Source: Negaprion brevirostris (lineage: Eukaryota). From it: a stretch of 64,000 bases of DNA. Below, one piece after another: positions 61,950 to 64,000 of the stretch (position 1 is the stretch's first letter; every line of letters starts with the position of its first letter). The position numbers and the translations under genes were made by a program. The notes below the pieces were generated by a model, which saw nothing but the letters and a program-made list of their open reading frames with translations, had not been told where the DNA came from and did not search any database. The DNA is taken from contig JARDVH010000137.1 in the NCBI GenBank assembly GCA_030324005.1, positions 24,296,202 to 24,360,201 of the forward strand, in the 5' to 3' direction.

Positions 61950-62527
61950 GCATGCCTTGGGACAGTACACTGGGGAGACCATGCAGATGCTACGACAATG
62001 GATGAATGAACACCGCTCGACAATCACCAGGCAAGACTTCTTGTTGCAGAACACTTCAGCGGTCATGGGCATTTGGCCTCTGATCTTCGGTAAGTGTTCT
62101 CCAAGGCAGCCATCACCACACACGACAGCGCAGAGTCGCTGAGCAGAGACTGATAGCCAAGTTCCGCACACATGATCTTGGGTTCATGTCACATTACCTG
62201 TAACCCGCATAATGATTTGCCTGGGCTTGCAAAATCGCACTAACTGTCCTGTCTGGAGACAATACACATCTCTTTAACCTGTGCTGAAAGCTCTCTCCNN
62301 NNNNNNNNNNNNNNNNNNNNNNNNNNNNNNNNNNNNNNNNNNNNNNNNNNNNNNNNNNNNNNNNNNNNNNNNNNNNNNNNNNNNNNNNNNNNNNNNNNNN
62401 NNNNNNNNNNNNNNNNNNNNNNNNNNNNNNNNNNNNNNNNNNNNNNNNNNAGTGCTCTGAAAGCTAGTGACTTTTGCTACCAAATAAACCTGTTGGACAT
62501 TAACCTGGTGTTGTGAGACTTCTTACT
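61950..62527 (+). mobile_element. Penelope-like element 3' end: GIY-YIG endonuclease remnant plus terminal repeat
   Basis: QYTGETMQMLRQWMNEHRSTITRQ (YIGET..LR.RM.EH), then RVAEQRLIAKFRTH and DLGFMSHY; terminal repeat with gaaagctagtga at 62460-62470. Confidence 0.8.
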
Positions 62528-62629
62528 GGTGAGTCTAGAACCAGGGGACACAGTCCCAGAACATGGCTCAGGCCATTTGGAACTGAGATGATGAGGAGTT
62601 TCTTCACTCAAAGGATCTTTGTAATTCTC

Positions 62630-62943
62630 TAGTTTAATTTAGTTCAGTTTATTTATTAGTGTCACAAGTCGGCTTACATTAACACCACAATGAAGTTACT
62701 GTGAAAATCCCTCAGTCGCCACACTCCGACGCCTGTTCGGGTACACTGAGGGAGAATTTGGTGTGGCCAATGCACCTAACCAGCACGTTTTTCAGACTGG
62801 AGGAGGAAACCAGACAGGGGAGGAAATCCATACAGACATAGGGAGAACATGCAGACTCCACACAGACTATGGCCCAAGCTGGTAATCGAACTCAGGTCTC
62901 TGGCGCTGTGAGGCAGCAGTGTTAACCACTGTGCTACCTGCCG
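62630..62943 (-). mobile_element. tRNA SINE, family B
   Basis: tttattagtgtcacaagtcggcttacattaacacc...aatcgaactcaggtctctggcgctgtgaggcagcagtg. Confidence 0.88.
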
Positions 62944-64000
62944 CTCTACCCCAAAGGGCTGTGGAAGCTCAATCACTCATCACATTCAAGACGGAAATTA
63001 ATCATTTCTGGAAACTAAAGACATCAAGGGCTATTGGGGATAGTGCAGGAACGTCGCATTAAGTTCAGCCATGATTTAATTGAATGGTGGAGCAGGCTCA
63101 TTGGATTGAATGGCCTACTCTTGTTTCAATGTTTCTCATAACTTCTCTGCTTTTGACAATATCTCAAATTTGAACCCTCAAATCCTTGCTTCTTTCTCTC
63201 CTAATATGTCCTGCCATCTTCAACGATCAACGTGACCTCTGTAAAAGATAAACACATCAATCCCTCATGAGATGTGACATTCCACGATTCTACCTTGAAG
63301 TGGAATATCTTGCTATTGGCCGTCACATTGCTTGGCCAAGAATTGGTTGCACCACCTTCACAAGATTGTCTGATTTCTTTCCCTGGGGCATTTGATCGAA
63401 TGACAGAAGCGTTTGATATTCCAATCCACCAGCCACAGTTGAAGATTTTATTCAATTCTTTGCCGGGAAGCAGAATGAGAGAAGTCACCACCTCTGTGCC
63501 TGTACAGCAATAATGCTGACATCCGAGAGAATTGCACAAACATGCTTGCTCAATTCCAATGACTCCCCAGATCTGAATCTGAGAGATATGCGTGGGGACC
63601 TCTCTGAGGAAATGAGTGGCAGAAATCAAGGGAAGGAAATGGAACATTTTGTTTACACGCAGAATAATAATAACCTATCAATAACTGGGTCAAATGTTGC
63701 CAGACTGCATGGTGCCTACTGGCCTAAACAGATGTCTATGTATGATTTCAAACTTTCAGATACAATATATAAATACACCATTGGGAAGAAGGTTGCTTCT
63801 GTAACTCCAGTTAATCAGAAGCCATTGTTTTGAGAAAGGCTGCAAACCAGCAGTTTAACATCAATCACATTTTTAAAATAATTGCCTGGATTTTGTGGTT
63901 GTAATTAATGATGGTGAAACTGCCAGCTTTCGGCATCATTACAATTATTGGCTAAACCATACCAAAAAATGACAGTGTTGTTTCCGGCAAGAACACCAGC

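Noticed and set aside
63201-63833. Overlapping ORFs of 148, 79 and 106 aa at the window end, considered as exons of a neighbouring gene (CSNK1D lies downstream in human)
   Set aside because: No recognisable protein motif, no CK1-delta peptide and no convincing exon structure. It could be UTR of a gene beyond the window, but I cannot support that.

Overview
Eukaryotic, repeat-rich, gapped genomic DNA from a cartilaginous fish; the organism is inferred from shark-type tRNA-SINEs and CR1-like LINEs. It holds one clear protein-coding gene, SLC16A3 (MCT4, proton-coupled lactate exporter), on the + strand. There are four coding exons (23653-23875, 33270-33413, 36181-36957, 37655-37926; 1416 nt, 471 aa, three phase-1 GT-AG introns, C-terminus TPETSV). 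A CpG-retaining region at about 1.0-3.6 kb carries a dense RCGTG (HRE-like) cluster and a candidate non-coding first exon. About 7 kb of retroelement-poor sequence follows the stop codon and may be a long 3' UTR. The rest is layered mobile-element debris: about five SINE families, CR1/L2/RTE/Rex1-type LINE fragments, probable Harbinger/MITE remnants and Penelope-like elements (PLEs). The most notable non-gene signal is PLE-associated minimal hammerhead ribozyme motifs from three apparent families. One has an intact core (57476-57510, - strand) and sits in a fold-back structure. I also see a candidate recursive splice site, a candidate 33-nt micro-exon and several inverted repeats. Repeat family names are from recalled motifs, not database searches, and repeat boundaries are approximate. 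I found nothing that demonstrates a wholly new biological system.
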